Below, in pieces: positions 10,711 to 21,443 of a DNA stretch of 64,000 nucleotides; within the stretch, counting starts at the first letter, position 1; every line of letters starts with the position of its first letter. Origin of the DNA: Candidatus Hodarchaeota archaeon (lineage in GTDB: Archaea; Asgardarchaeota; Lokiarchaeia; Sigyniarchaeales; SOKP01); NCBI GenBank assembly GCA_048886685.1, contig JBHLKM010000006.1, forward strand, positions 64,001-128,000, read 5' to 3'. The notes under the pieces are model-generated. The model worked only from the letters and a program-made list of their open reading frames with translations, had not been told where the DNA came from and made no database searches. The position numbers and the translations under genes were made by a program.

Positions 10711-12858
10711 ATGCAAATTGAATCAAAGAAGTATTTTAATAGACCATATCTTAAAAACAATATCATTCATTATCGACATTATCAAAATAATATAATAAAT
10801 AGTTGTAAAAATAAAAATTCTTTAGTAGTTTTACCAACTGGGTTAGGAAAAACAATAATTGGGATTTTACTTGTTGCTTATTCTCTAAAAAAATATCCAA
10901 AGGCAAAAATAATAATCCTTGCCCCAACTAGACCCTTAGTTTCTCAGCATAGGGCTTCTTGTGAGAAATTTCTTAACATTAAATCTGAAAGAATAATATC
11001 ATTTACAGGTAAGATTTCTCCAGAAAAGAGAATCCTTTTATATAAAAAAGCAAAGATTATTATCTCTACACCTCAAGTAATAAATAATGACCTAGTAAGA
11101 GGGCGTTATGATTTAAGACATGTTTCATTAATTATCTTCGATGAAGCTCATAAAACGAAGGGAAATTACTCTTATAATTTAATCTCAAAAGAATATATTA
11201 ACACTTGTAATGATCCATTGATTCTAGCACTAACAGCATCCCCAGGAAAAGATTATGACCGTATTCAATTAATATGTAATAACTTGCATATCGAAAATAT
11301 TGTTTTTAGAAATTACGAGGATGAGGATGTTAAAGATTATATCTATAACATTGACACTTACATAAATTTGGTAGCCCTACCGATAAAAGCGTTAGAATTA
11401 AGCCATGTATGGCAAAACTTGTTTAGCAAATTCTTAAAATTCTTTATAGATAGAGAGTTGATTAACCCATACAAGAAATATTACTCAAAATTAGATTTTC
11501 TGAGAATTACCCATGATTTATCTCTTTCATTCAGATATGAAAGGGATAATATCACGGAGGAAAAGTATTTAGCTTACCTATTTTATACTGATCCAAAAAT
11601 AATCGATATAATTAAAGAAAATGATATTGATGTGAATTCAGTATATTCCTACTGCTCAAGTTGTATTTCATTACTACATGCTAAAGACCTAATTGAAACT
11701 CAAAATATTACACTTTTTATTTCTTTTTTAGAGAAAATTAAACGTAGAGCTGAACAAGGGATATCATCTGCCAAGAGAATAGTGAATTCGAAACAATTTA
11801 AGTATATTAACTCTGCGATAGAAGAAGAAAGTTTGTTGGATTTAACTCATCCAAAAATAAACAAGATTATTTCGATCATACATGAAGAAATAGAGGAATT
11901 TGATAATAAAAAAATCATAATTTTTGCACAATTTAGAGAGATGGCAGAATTCTTAAAGAACAAACTAAGTGAGGAATTTCAAAATCAATTGATAATTGAG
12001 AAGTTTATTGGCCAATCTTCAAAAATTAATGATATTGGATTTTCTCAAAAAATACAAATAGAGACTTTAGAAAAATTTAAAGAAAATAAAATCAATGTGT
12101 TAATCGCCACTAGTGTCGCTGAAGAAGGAATAGATATACCAAATGTAGACGCTATAATTTTTTATGAACCAATTCCTTCTGAAATCAGATTAATTCAAAG
12201 ACGGGGAAGAACTGGTAGATATGCCCCTGGAAGATGCTATATACTTGTAACTGAAGATACCGTTGATATTCCATTCTACATTGTTGCTAGAAGAAAAGAA
12301 GGTACTATGAAATCAGTTCTAGCAGATTATGAGGGAATTAAGTTATGTGAGAATTTCGAACGCAAATCAATGATATTCCCAATACCTGGAATAAAAAAAT
12401 GTTCTGATTTAGAAGTTGTTCAAAATTTCAAAGAAAGAAAGGAGAGAGAAAGAGAAATTTTAGCGAACCATTCCATTGAGGATATTCTTAATCAATTAGA
12501 TGAATTCTGTAATAGTAAGGAATATGAAAAATTAAAGGAATGTGGTGTGACTTTTTATTCAGATTTAATAAAAATGGATCTTCCCGCTATGAAAAAAAAG
12601 GTATTAAGATTGAAGGGAAAAACAACTACTCCTCAAAATAAGAAAAAGAAGTATCTGAATAAAAATGTAAAATTGTTAATAAATATGGTAAAAATTTATG
12701 GGGATAATGATAAAATCGATATTAAGAAATTACTGGAGCTTGCTCAGGAGGAAGAAATTGTAAATCGAAAGTTCTATGTATGTTTTAATCAAGCTTGTTT
12801 TCAAGGTTATCTTAGAAAGCAAGAGAATTGTGTTCAATTTATTAAGGATTATGAATAA
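10711..12858 (+). CDS. hef: Hef/FANCM-like SF2 helicase (no recognisable ERCC4 nuclease domain)
   Basis: PTGLGKT, DEAH, LTASPG, ATSVAEEGIDIP, QRRGRTGR. Confidence 0.88.
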   Translation: MQIESKKYFNRPYLKNNIIHYRHYQNNIINSCKNKNSLVVLPTGLGKTIIGILLVAYSLKKYPKAKIIILAPTRPLVSQHRASCEKFLNIKSERIISFTGKISPEKRILLYKKAKIIISTPQVINNDLVRGRYDLRHVSLIIFDEAHKTKGNYSYNLISKEYINTCNDPLILALTASPGKDYDRIQLICNNLHIENIVFRNYEDEDVKDYIYNIDTYINLVALPIKALELSHVWQNLFSKFLKFFIDRELINPYKKYYSKLDFLRITHDLSLSFRYERDNITEEKYLAYLFYTDPKIIDIIKENDIDVNSVYSYCSSCISLLHAKDLIETQNITLFISFLEKIKRRAEQGISSAKRIVNSKQFKYINSAIEEESLLDLTHPKINKIISIIHEEIEEFDNKKIIIFAQFREMAEFLKNKLSEEFQNQLIIEKFIGQSSKINDIGFSQKIQIETLEKFKENKINVLIATSVAEEGIDIPNVDAIIFYEPIPSEIRLIQRRGRTGRYAPGRCYILVTEDTVDIPFYIVARRKEGTMKSVLADYEGIKLCENFERKSMIFPIPGIKKCSDLEVVQNFKERKEREREILANHSIEDILNQLDEFCNSKEYEKLKECGVTFYSDLIKMDLPAMKKKVLRLKGKTTTPQNKKKKYLNKNVKLLINMVKIYGDNDKIDIKKLLELAQEEEIVNRKFYVCFNQACFQGYLRKQENCVQFIKDYE

Positions 12859-12921
12859 CCTAATTCTGACTCTAACTCATTTTATAGTTTCATAAGAGTA
12901 AAACAGGAATAAATTCAATTA

Positions 12922-15900
12922 TCAACTAATTTTTTCCTCCTTTTTCCTTATTGAATAATAAACTATTAATAATATTGTGATGATTATGGGGAGAGCAATA
13001 GCAGCAGGATTATTTCCACTAAATAGGAATAGATACCATGAAATAGTTATAATTGAACCAAAAAATGCAATTATGGGACCATATTGGACAGCAAAATTTC
13101 TAATATTATGTCTTAGCATCTGAAATTTATAATTTGTGCTTTTTATTACTTCTAATTCAGATTCATCAATTTCATCTAATATTTCTGGATTTTCAAAATA
13201 TATTAAAAATCGGGGATCATACTTCCCTTGTAGTTCTCCTGTGCTTATTAGATAGAGTAAATGATCTTGTATGTTCTTTTTCCTAATTTTCAATTCATTA
13301 TTTAAAAAACTTATTGTTAAATATTCATTAGCAACAGCCTTAATTGTCATTTCAATATAGGATTTCAATATTAATCTTTCAAGCGATTTTACTTTTTCAT
13401 CTAAGATCTCATTATATTCACTGATAAATTTATTAAAATCTTCTAAAACAAATCTAGATATTTGGTTAAAGTTTTTTGACTGTCTATTGTATTCTCTAAT
13501 TTGTGTAGTAGCTGTTTTACTAATCTCTTTAATCTCTGTTTCAATACTTTTCGCTCTCTTTTGAATTATCACATTTACCTTTTTAAATTCTTTAATTTCT
13601 ATGTTATCCTCTACCTTTCTTTCAAGATTTCCAAGCAACTGGCTCAATTTAATTTTACTGTTATTTATAAAATCTATTAGTTTCCCACGGAAAGTTTCAT
13701 TTTTCATAATCTCTAATTGGTCGTTAACTTTTTCTATCCTAGTACTGAATTCCTCTAAAAATTCGTTCTTCTCCCCTACAAACATTTCTCTTATCTCTGG
13801 TATGAATTTATTCGTACCTTCTGTTTTATTTGCAATATTCCTAAATTCATTTTCTATATTATCTTCTACTTGCCTCGATTTTTCTCTAAAATCCTGTTTC
13901 TTATTTTCAAAATCTTCTTGAATATTAATATAGGAATCTTTATTTTCAGACTCTTTCAAAAATCTATTATAATATTCTTTTAACTCTATTTTAAGTGAAT
14001 TATATTGTTGTACAATGAATTTTTGCATGGAATTAAAGAGACCTAAATTAAAACTTATTTTACTCATAGCATTTTTATCATTTTCTATTATTGATTCGAA
14101 ATATTCTTTAGTTTTAAGGAATTCTTCCCTTTCTTGATTTATTTGAAGCTCCTCTACTTTATTATAAAAATTCTTTGGGATCACTTCCTCAAAAACTCTT
14201 AGATCACTTATTCTATTTTGAAGTTCTAACATATTTGTGCTTAAGGTCAAGTTTCTAATACTTGAGTCATAAAGAGCTAATATCTTACCAACCCTTTCTC
14301 TGTTTGATTTTAATAATTGATTTTCAACGTAATTTCTTAATTCTTTGTTTAAATAATAAAAATCTGTATATAATAGAATAGTTTTATCGTTCTCATTCAA
14401 TTCAGCATTTATTTTTGATATATCTATCATATCTTTTAATCTATTTATTAAAACCTTGCATGAGAGTTTTACTTCATCTTTTAAGTCTATGAGTTTAATA
14501 TTATTGGTTTTTTTCTCTATTGCCATTACATTTATTTTATTAGATATTATGTCATTAATATATTCATTTCTTAAATCAGAAATTTCATTATGAAAGAAAC
14601 CCGTGAATTTTTCCCACTGAAGAATTGTTAATTTGGATTTCTCATTAAAATCTTCAATATTTTTGTTACAATTAGTAAATTTTTTAGAGAATAGTTTATT
14701 TGTCTTGTCGAAACTAGAACCAAGAAGGTCAAATTCGTTCTTTATAACTGCAATTGTTAAATTACTTGATTGATTAAATTTATTCTTGATATTCGTTAAC
14801 TCTGTTTTTAATTTAATAACCTCTTGTGAAACAAATTCATCAAAATCTTTTATTTCAGTTTTATTCCTTTCTTCTATGACCTTATCTTTTAAAGATTGTG
14901 AATGTTTAGCTACGGAATCAATAATAGTCGATTCTAAATTTTCAAGATTATTCAGTAAATGCTTATAAAGCAAATAGAGTTTTTGCTTTTCTTTAATTTT
15001 ATCCTTAACAATAGATTGAATATTTTTAATTTCAGTAAGTTTTTCACTCAATATTACATCAGATTCTTTCTTAATGAATTCGAAAGCCTCCTGAAATTGA
15101 TTTTCTCTTATTTTATTTCTAATAATTTCACCGATTTTTGAAATATCATTATTTAATTTTTCATTTATAGCATTTATCTTTTTTAAATTCGTCTTAAAAA
15201 ATTGAAAACCCTCATGATAATATTTATATTCATTTTCGTATTTTTCTTTTATTTCTACCCATTTTTTAATTGTTTCTCTATGGTTTTCGACAATTTCATT
15301 TTCTTTTGTAGTAATTTGTTGAGATATCTTAAATATTGCTTTATCATACTTGTTAATATCCTCGAAAATTTGATTCAATTGAGGAATTACTAGATTAAAT
15401 TTGTTTTCAATATATTCTCTCTCGAGCGTTTCACTAAAAAGCTTCTTAAAAGCATCTAGTTTCTTCTTCAGATCTTCTTCTACTACAATAAGTTTTTCAT
15501 TCAGGTTTTCCAGTAATTTGTTTAAATTTCTTATCGTTTCCTTTTCTTGAATCTTACTTTTAAGATAAGAGTCAACTTCTACTAGCTTTTTTTGTAGAGT
15601 GGAATATACTTTATTCCATTGAGCTATTTCAGTCTCTAATATAGTCCGGATATTACAATAATATAAAATTTCATTAAATGAATTTTCAATGTTCTCATTT
15701 AGAAAGTCAGCTTCCATTACGACATCTCTTATTATAAATTTCAATCTTTCCTTAGCATAATCAATTTCATCAATTAGAAGATAACTATCTATTTCTTCTT
15801 TAATTTGATTTCCTATATTTTTAAGTTTTAAAGTCATATTATATATATCATTCTTAATATCCTCTACTTTCTCCTTTTCTTCCGTAATTCTTTCTGTATT

Positions 15901-17328
15901 TATTTCTGTGTCCGATACAAGTATTTTTTCTAAGAAATTATTTAAATAAAAGTTATATTTAGTCTTTGCTAAGAAAACTTTTTTAGGTCTAATATTTCCC
16001 TTAAAGAAATTTTTTGAGATCATATCTTTTATAATGGGAAAGATATCCTCTTTTAGCTTGAGATGTTCTAAATTTGAAGTCTTAAATTTCTTAAACATAT
16101 CTGAAAGAGAAACAATACTTTTAGCACTAATTTGTGAATAAAAATTTTGAATGAAATCTTGTTTCCCTTTACTAAGATTTCGGATATAATTCTTAAATTC
16201 AATATTATTATTTAAAACTCTAATATTGAAATTATAATTGAGATTAACATATGAGATAAGGTCTTCTATATCATTGGATAATCCAAACGTCGTTTTTAAC
16301 TGGTTTATATCAATATAACCTTGCTTTTCTAATTCTTTAAACAAGACTCTTTCTATTTCGTCAATAAATTTCTTCCAAATTAAGGATAAAAGAATAATAA
16401 GTTTTGAAGTTTCAATCAATTGAATTTTAGTCCAATTAATTTCACTATTTAATACTTCATTTAATTTAGTGTTTATATAAAAATATACACCTGAAGGATT
16501 GTAATCTAATATCCATGAATATACATTAAGCGTATAAACTATCCAAAAGGTTTCATTGAGATTTTCTGTTTGATTGAATCCAAATCCACCAGTCTCTTTT
16601 TGAAATTGAAGAAGATATTGGAGTTCCTTATCCTTAACTTCTGATTCTAAATCCAAATATTTTAAACATAAAAATTTATAAATTAAGGCTCGAGTCTTTT
16701 TTTTACTATCCCCAATATATGAGCGGAATTGTTCCCTACTATTTCGAATGTCTATTCCTAAAAGTGTGAATATTTCTAATACATAAAATAGAATTCTTGC
16801 AGGGGAGATTTCTTTACAGATATCACATTCTTTATCATGACAATGTAAAAATGAATTTCCCTTTCTCAATGACAAAATAAAGCTTTTAATCTCTTCTTTA
16901 TTATGACTCTGGCCCTCTGAGGAAAAATACTCTTTTAAAAGACCTAGACTTTTCAAGCTTCCTAATGCTAAATAAGTAGAATAAATATCGGGCTGTTTTT
17001 GAGGATCATGTGAAATTTTGAAACCTATTTGTTCATATTGCCTAATTTCACAGCTTTTTATATATTTGAAGATTTTATCTATGCCGTCTTTCTTTTCTAC
17101 TTTGATATATTTCCTAAGTAAGCTAAACCAGAAGATAACTTCTAGCGTTAAGTCTTTTTCTTTTAATAAATTTTTTTTGAAATGTTTATAAAAAGAAACT
17201 AATTTATTAAAATCCTTTACATAATAATTCCCTATCCTTCTTTTTTCAGCATTCACAAATGATTTAAATGGTTCTTTTTTAAATTTGGTAATATAAGGAT
17301 AAGCCGACTTCTGTTCCACGTTAAACAA
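12922..17328 (-). CDS. Giant coiled-coil protein with prenyltransferase-like repeats, PCI-like domains and a C-terminal membrane anchor
   Basis: QFQKETGGFG and PDIYSTYLALGSL repeats; PCI-like winged-helix segments; K/E-rich coiled coils; 2 TM helices at the C-terminus. Confidence 0.75.
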   Translation of the reverse strand: MFNVEQKSAYPYITKFKKEPFKSFVNAEKRRIGNYYVKDFNKLVSFYKHFKKNLLKEKDLTLEVIFWFSLLRKYIKVEKKDGIDKIFKYIKSCEIRQYEQIGFKISHDPQKQPDIYSTYLALGSLKSLGLLKEYFSSEGQSHNKEEIKSFILSLRKGNSFLHCHDKECDICKEISPARILFYVLEIFTLLGIDIRNSREQFRSYIGDSKKKTRALIYKFLCLKYLDLESEVKDKELQYLLQFQKETGGFGFNQTENLNETFWIVYTLNVYSWILDYNPSGVYFYINTKLNEVLNSEINWTKIQLIETSKLIILLSLIWKKFIDEIERVLFKELEKQGYIDINQLKTTFGLSNDIEDLISYVNLNYNFNIRVLNNNIEFKNYIRNLSKGKQDFIQNFYSQISAKSIVSLSDMFKKFKTSNLEHLKLKEDIFPIIKDMISKNFFKGNIRPKKVFLAKTKYNFYLNNFLEKILVSDTEINTERITEEKEKVEDIKNDIYNMTLKLKNIGNQIKEEIDSYLLIDEIDYAKERLKFIIRDVVMEADFLNENIENSFNEILYYCNIRTILETEIAQWNKVYSTLQKKLVEVDSYLKSKIQEKETIRNLNKLLENLNEKLIVVEEDLKKKLDAFKKLFSETLEREYIENKFNLVIPQLNQIFEDINKYDKAIFKISQQITTKENEIVENHRETIKKWVEIKEKYENEYKYYHEGFQFFKTNLKKINAINEKLNNDISKIGEIIRNKIRENQFQEAFEFIKKESDVILSEKLTEIKNIQSIVKDKIKEKQKLYLLYKHLLNNLENLESTIIDSVAKHSQSLKDKVIEERNKTEIKDFDEFVSQEVIKLKTELTNIKNKFNQSSNLTIAVIKNEFDLLGSSFDKTNKLFSKKFTNCNKNIEDFNEKSKLTILQWEKFTGFFHNEISDLRNEYINDIISNKINVMAIEKKTNNIKLIDLKDEVKLSCKVLINRLKDMIDISKINAELNENDKTILLYTDFYYLNKELRNYVENQLLKSNRERVGKILALYDSSIRNLTLSTNMLELQNRISDLRVFEEVIPKNFYNKVEELQINQEREEFLKTKEYFESIIENDKNAMSKISFNLGLFNSMQKFIVQQYNSLKIELKEYYNRFLKESENKDSYINIQEDFENKKQDFREKSRQVEDNIENEFRNIANKTEGTNKFIPEIREMFVGEKNEFLEEFSTRIEKVNDQLEIMKNETFRGKLIDFINNSKIKLSQLLGNLERKVEDNIEIKEFKKVNVIIQKRAKSIETEIKEISKTATTQIREYNRQSKNFNQISRFVLEDFNKFISEYNEILDEKVKSLERLILKSYIEMTIKAVANEYLTISFLNNELKIRKKNIQDHLLYLISTGELQGKYDPRFLIYFENPEILDEIDESELEVIKSTNYKFQMLRHNIRNFAVQYGPIIAFFGSIITISWYLFLFSGNNPAAIALPIIITILLIVYYSIRKKEEKIS

Positions 17329-17518
17329 ATTAAAATAAACCCGAAAAACTAAATATTATTATTTTGTAATTAATGAAAATCTTGACATATATTTTTTTTG
17401 AAATTAAAAATTAATTTTCTTTTTATTAATTCTAATGCCATGAGAGTGCTTACAACAACCAAAACTAATCGGAAGATTATTATTAAAAATTTTCAGGGCA
17501 TCATAGAGGGAGAAAATA

Positions 17519-18139
17519 TTATTTACTGTTATCTTCACGAGATATTAGGTGTCTATGTTTCTTATTAATGTAAACTGAGATACCTGCAATTAACAAAGAA
17601 GCTGCAACAATATAAAATATGATACTTAGTATTCCTGGAGACTTTGATATTTCCACATAAACATTTATTACTGGAGAAATACCTATATTTTCATTTACAG
17701 AAGAATCTTTTGCTTTAACCTTGAAGGAATATACTTCTCTGTTGGGATATGATGATATGTTATCCCATGTGAAAAACCATTCATCTTCACCAAATAAAGT
17801 CATTGAACTATTAAAAAGTGAAGTGGATGCATTTGAAATTTCTAATGAAACATTACCGGGTAAGGGAGGATTTGAATCTGTAATATTAACGATAATATCA
17901 TAAGATTTACTCTTAATAGTTAGATTGTTTGTCTCAGGTTGAATAAAAATGATAACTGGGGGAGTAGTATCATTATTAGCAGATTTAATCATATTAGGGA
18001 ACTCAAATTCATCCATTATACCGTTATTATCAATAGAATTTAGAGAGATCTGTTGAATAAAAAGAACAGTAAGATTGATAAAAAAAATAACACCCAGAAG
18101 CAAAATCTTGATAGTTCTCTTTGAAAACTTAGTATTCAT
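17519..18139 (-). CDS. Exported Ig-like (DTTPP...) protein with C-terminal TM anchor
   Basis: N-terminal hydrophobic helix, DTTPPVI...WD...VKAKD, C-terminal TM + basic tail. Confidence 0.75.
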   Translation of the reverse strand: MNTKFSKRTIKILLLGVIFFINLTVLFIQQISLNSIDNNGIMDEFEFPNMIKSANNDTTPPVIIFIQPETNNLTIKSKSYDIIVNITDSNPPLPGNVSLEISNASTSLFNSSMTLFGEDEWFFTWDNISSYPNREVYSFKVKAKDSSVNENIGISPVINVYVEISKSPGILSIIFYIVAASLLIAGISVYINKKHRHLISREDNSK

Positions 18140-18298
18140 ATGTGGTACTATTCAAATTTCATACAAATATTATATTAAGTAAGAATAAATTCTAAGTTTC
18201 ATATAAAGTTAAGTTAGAAAAATATCAGATGTTAGAATTTAAAAGAATATATCATAACTATGTTCTTTATTTAAATAGATGTAAAAAAAAGAATTGAG

Positions 18299-19831
18299 TT
18301 ATAATTGAGGAGTATTATTAAAACTCCAAGTGTTTTTTATTCCTAAGTTGTCTTGCATTAAAGGTGATTGAATATCGTTTACTGTTAACACTTTTCCTGA
18401 AGGTATCTTATCTTTGGCGAAATTAAAGGCGATTTCTATAGTCTGATTTTGATTTAGTTGATCCCAAAAATGATGGAAGAACCAAGATCCTGCAAAACCA
18501 TCGGCATTATTGTTATCTCGCCAATACCATGAAAAAACATCTGATGATGAACTGATTAAAATAGCTTTAGGTAAGTCGTACCAACTGTATAGGTTTTGAT
18601 GAAGAAAATTACCACTAAAACACGCATCGATATTTATCAAGATTCTCTTGCAATTTATCTGTTTTATAAGATTAAAAAATTCCAATTCAGTAATATAACT
18701 ATCATCTGCTTCAAAATGAAATGTTGCATTACCATCACCGAGTATTTTATTTGAACCATGATCTACCATATAAATGATTAATTGATCGTTTTGCGTTATA
18801 TTAGAGCCAAAAGAATTAGGAACAGAAACATTTAATTCGTTTTTAAATCTACTTGCATTCACAGAATCATTTGCTACATCAATAACAGCACCATCTAGAA
18901 CATTGGTAGGACCATCAATAAATATTTTTCCGTCAAAATCATCCTTATAATAGAGCATTAGAAAAATATTATCATCAGTGTATCCATGATTCCTTAAAAT
19001 CCAGTAAACTTGGAGTGCTTGAGCAGAAAAACCATCTGAATTTAATTTACTTGGTGGTGGAATCGGATTTATTGGGTTTGTTACATTAACTGAAATCCAA
19101 CGTTCTATTCTCACATCGTCAAAAAGCACCATTTCCCCTCCAGTCATATTACCCTCAACTGCTAAAACTAAATGTAACTGAGTTATCTCATTTGGAGTCA
19201 AACTATGGGCAATTCCTGTTACATTTAGAAATTTCCATCCTGCAAAAGGTCCATGTATACCATTAGACCAATCCGTTCTTACTACATCATTGCTAGAATT
19301 TAACCATCGTAAACCTATTCTTGCTCCAGCCCCTGGAGGTATTATCATAGTAGGATTAACAGGTGGATTGTATATATTCGTTGTGATATTAACCCATGCA
19401 GATAGATTATATTCCGCATATTTAATTAATTCATAATAATTTGTCCAATTATATACTAATTCCATATTAACATATTTAGGAACTGCTGGAGTTTTAACAT
19501 TAAATTGTATAAATCCTGGAGTGTCATGACCAGGTAAATTACTCTCTTGAGATACATATCCATTGGGAAAATCTACATATGAGGGCCAGTTGTTGGTTTC
19601 AGTACTAAAGTTCGCATCTCCTCCATCATTAAATTCATCCTCTCCTTCACTCTTATGAAAATCATTCGCGCTACTTAGAATAATGGCTTTTTTATCTCCT
19701 GGAATAGGTTCTTTTCGCGTTGTAGGGAGATAAAACGGCAACAAAGAAAAAATTAAGACCATTATTAAAATAAATACAACCAGAGGATAATATTTCTTTA
19801 TTTTTAACTTCAAATGTATAAAACACCACAC
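18299..19831 (-). CDS. Exported peptidase C13 (legumain/GPI8, caspase-hemoglobinase fold) with inserted beta-sandwich domain
   Basis: IYMVDHG and IDACFSG His-Cys dyad; N-terminal TM; exact start uncertain. Confidence 0.8.
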   Translation of the reverse strand: MWCFIHLKLKIKKYYPLVVFILIMVLIFSLLPFYLPTTRKEPIPGDKKAIILSSANDFHKSEGEDEFNDGGDANFSTETNNWPSYVDFPNGYVSQESNLPGHDTPGFIQFNVKTPAVPKYVNMELVYNWTNYYELIKYAEYNLSAWVNITTNIYNPPVNPTMIIPPGAGARIGLRWLNSSNDVVRTDWSNGIHGPFAGWKFLNVTGIAHSLTPNEITQLHLVLAVEGNMTGGEMVLFDDVRIERWISVNVTNPINPIPPPSKLNSDGFSAQALQVYWILRNHGYTDDNIFLMLYYKDDFDGKIFIDGPTNVLDGAVIDVANDSVNASRFKNELNVSVPNSFGSNITQNDQLIIYMVDHGSNKILGDGNATFHFEADDSYITELEFFNLIKQINCKRILINIDACFSGNFLHQNLYSWYDLPKAILISSSSDVFSWYWRDNNNADGFAGSWFFHHFWDQLNQNQTIEIAFNFAKDKIPSGKVLTVNDIQSPLMQDNLGIKNTWSFNNTPQL

Positions 19832-20000
19832 AACTTTATTTTGATTTCAGTAATAAAATAATAATAAAACAATTTGTATCTAAAATAGAATTATATGAAA
19901 TGTTAATTTAAATCTTCCTTCTTTCTTTAATACAAATCAATTAACTATGATAAATAAACTCAAAATAATAGAAATTAAAAAAACAAAATGAGTTATTTAC

Positions 20001-21422
20001 TCATTTTTTAGGTTTTCCTTGCATTTCTTCTCTAATAGATGGGATCAGAAAATCTTTTTCATCTGGCTTTTCTAAAATATCTAAAAGATTATATTCTGTA
20101 ATCATTTGAAGTATTCCCAAAACTTGCATGCCATGATTGAACATCTCATTAGCATCGCTTAAATTTCTCCAACAGAAAGGGCATTCTGTGGTTAAAATAT
20201 CAGCTCCAACAGCATTCGCTTCATCACATCTAAGACTTGCAGTTCTGAGAGAAAATTCAGGATATCCCGCCCGTACTCCCCCACCTGCACCACAACACAT
20301 ACTATCAAGCTTTATACGATACATCTCTTTAAACTCTATACCCACATCTTCTTCAAGTTTCCTAAGAATAATACGTGGAACTTCATACCATTCTGCAATT
20401 GCTTCTTTGATTTTTCGACTGTCCATCATAAGATTTTTTGAATTCTCAATCATCTCTTGTTCCATATCAACTGCGAAATGTCTTCCTGTATGACAGGGAT
20501 CATGATAAGTAACAACTTTCCCTTTTAATTCTTTATTTGGTTTGAATTTGATTTTTTCTTGCTGAATCAATCTTGCCACAAGCTCAAATGCATGTTCTGT
20601 TTTGAAAGGAAGTTTTTCCCCTTCAGTCATCCATTTTGGGTAATCAATAGTGAATGTTCGATAACATCCAGCGCAACTGAAATACACCATTTCTACATTC
20701 TTAAATGCTTCAAGGTTTTTCTTCATCAATTCTTGTGCTGTACCAACAGCTCCAATCCTGAAGAATGGGCTTCCACAACATACTTCGTCATCAACTAATG
20801 TGAAATTCATACCTAGTTGCTCAAATAGTTTTGCAGTTGCTATTGCAACCTCTACTTGACGATAACTCGCGGTACATCCTACATAATAAGCAATTTTAGC
20901 ATCTTTATTATTGATAAACTTTTCTAAGCCAGCATCCTTAGCCCATTTTAATCTTTCGTCAGCAGCTCCGCCATATGGATTATTTCGCTCTTTTACTAAT
21001 TTATCTACTAATTCATGTTTATCGATCATAGGTACTCCAGATTCCATACATGCAGCTCTTAAAGACTCAATAATATCAACTGTTCGGACCTTGTTTTCAC
21101 ATTGAGCGGAACATTGACCGCAAGTAATACATGGTAAAATTACATCTCGAACTTCTTCAGTAAATTCCAAATCTCCACTTAATATAGATCGTGCAATCCA
21201 AATTTTGCCTGCATTCCAGAAAGCTTCCCATCCATATTCAATGCCTGCTGGACAAGCATCAACCATCCCTTCATAAAGTACAGTGCCTTGTTTTCCAGTA
21301 AATTCCCCTATCCCTTCTCGATCAGGTTCCCCAGAATAGGCAAATCTGCATGCTTTACAATGTATACATTTAAAAATATCTTTTCTTAATTCTTCTAATC
21401 TTTCCATTCCTGTTTTAGCCAT
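20001..21422 (-). CDS. HdrD/GlcF-like Fe-S oxidoreductase (two CCG domains)
   Basis: CIHCKAC, CITCGQCSAQC, VCCG, YHDPCH, MCCGAGGG. Confidence 0.9.
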   Translation of the reverse strand: MAKTGMERLEELRKDIFKCIHCKACRFAYSGEPDREGIGEFTGKQGTVLYEGMVDACPAGIEYGWEAFWNAGKIWIARSILSGDLEFTEEVRDVILPCITCGQCSAQCENKVRTVDIIESLRAACMESGVPMIDKHELVDKLVKERNNPYGGAADERLKWAKDAGLEKFINNKDAKIAYYVGCTASYRQVEVAIATAKLFEQLGMNFTLVDDEVCCGSPFFRIGAVGTAQELMKKNLEAFKNVEMVYFSCAGCYRTFTIDYPKWMTEGEKLPFKTEHAFELVARLIQQEKIKFKPNKELKGKVVTYHDPCHTGRHFAVDMEQEMIENSKNLMMDSRKIKEAIAEWYEVPRIILRKLEEDVGIEFKEMYRIKLDSMCCGAGGGVRAGYPEFSLRTASLRCDEANAVGADILTTECPFCWRNLSDANEMFNHGMQVLGILQMITEYNLLDILEKPDEKDFLIPSIREEMQGKPKK

Positions 21423-21443
21423 TTTTTTATCAACCTCCTTGAT

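Noticed and set aside
17380-17505. Possible TM-helix gene remnant on the minus strand
   Set aside because: Too short and low-complexity to assign
20385-20485. About 30-aa insertion after HTGRH in the Fe-S paralog, with complementary ends
   Set aside because: In frame, no stop, protein-like, and the pairing lacks BHB bulges
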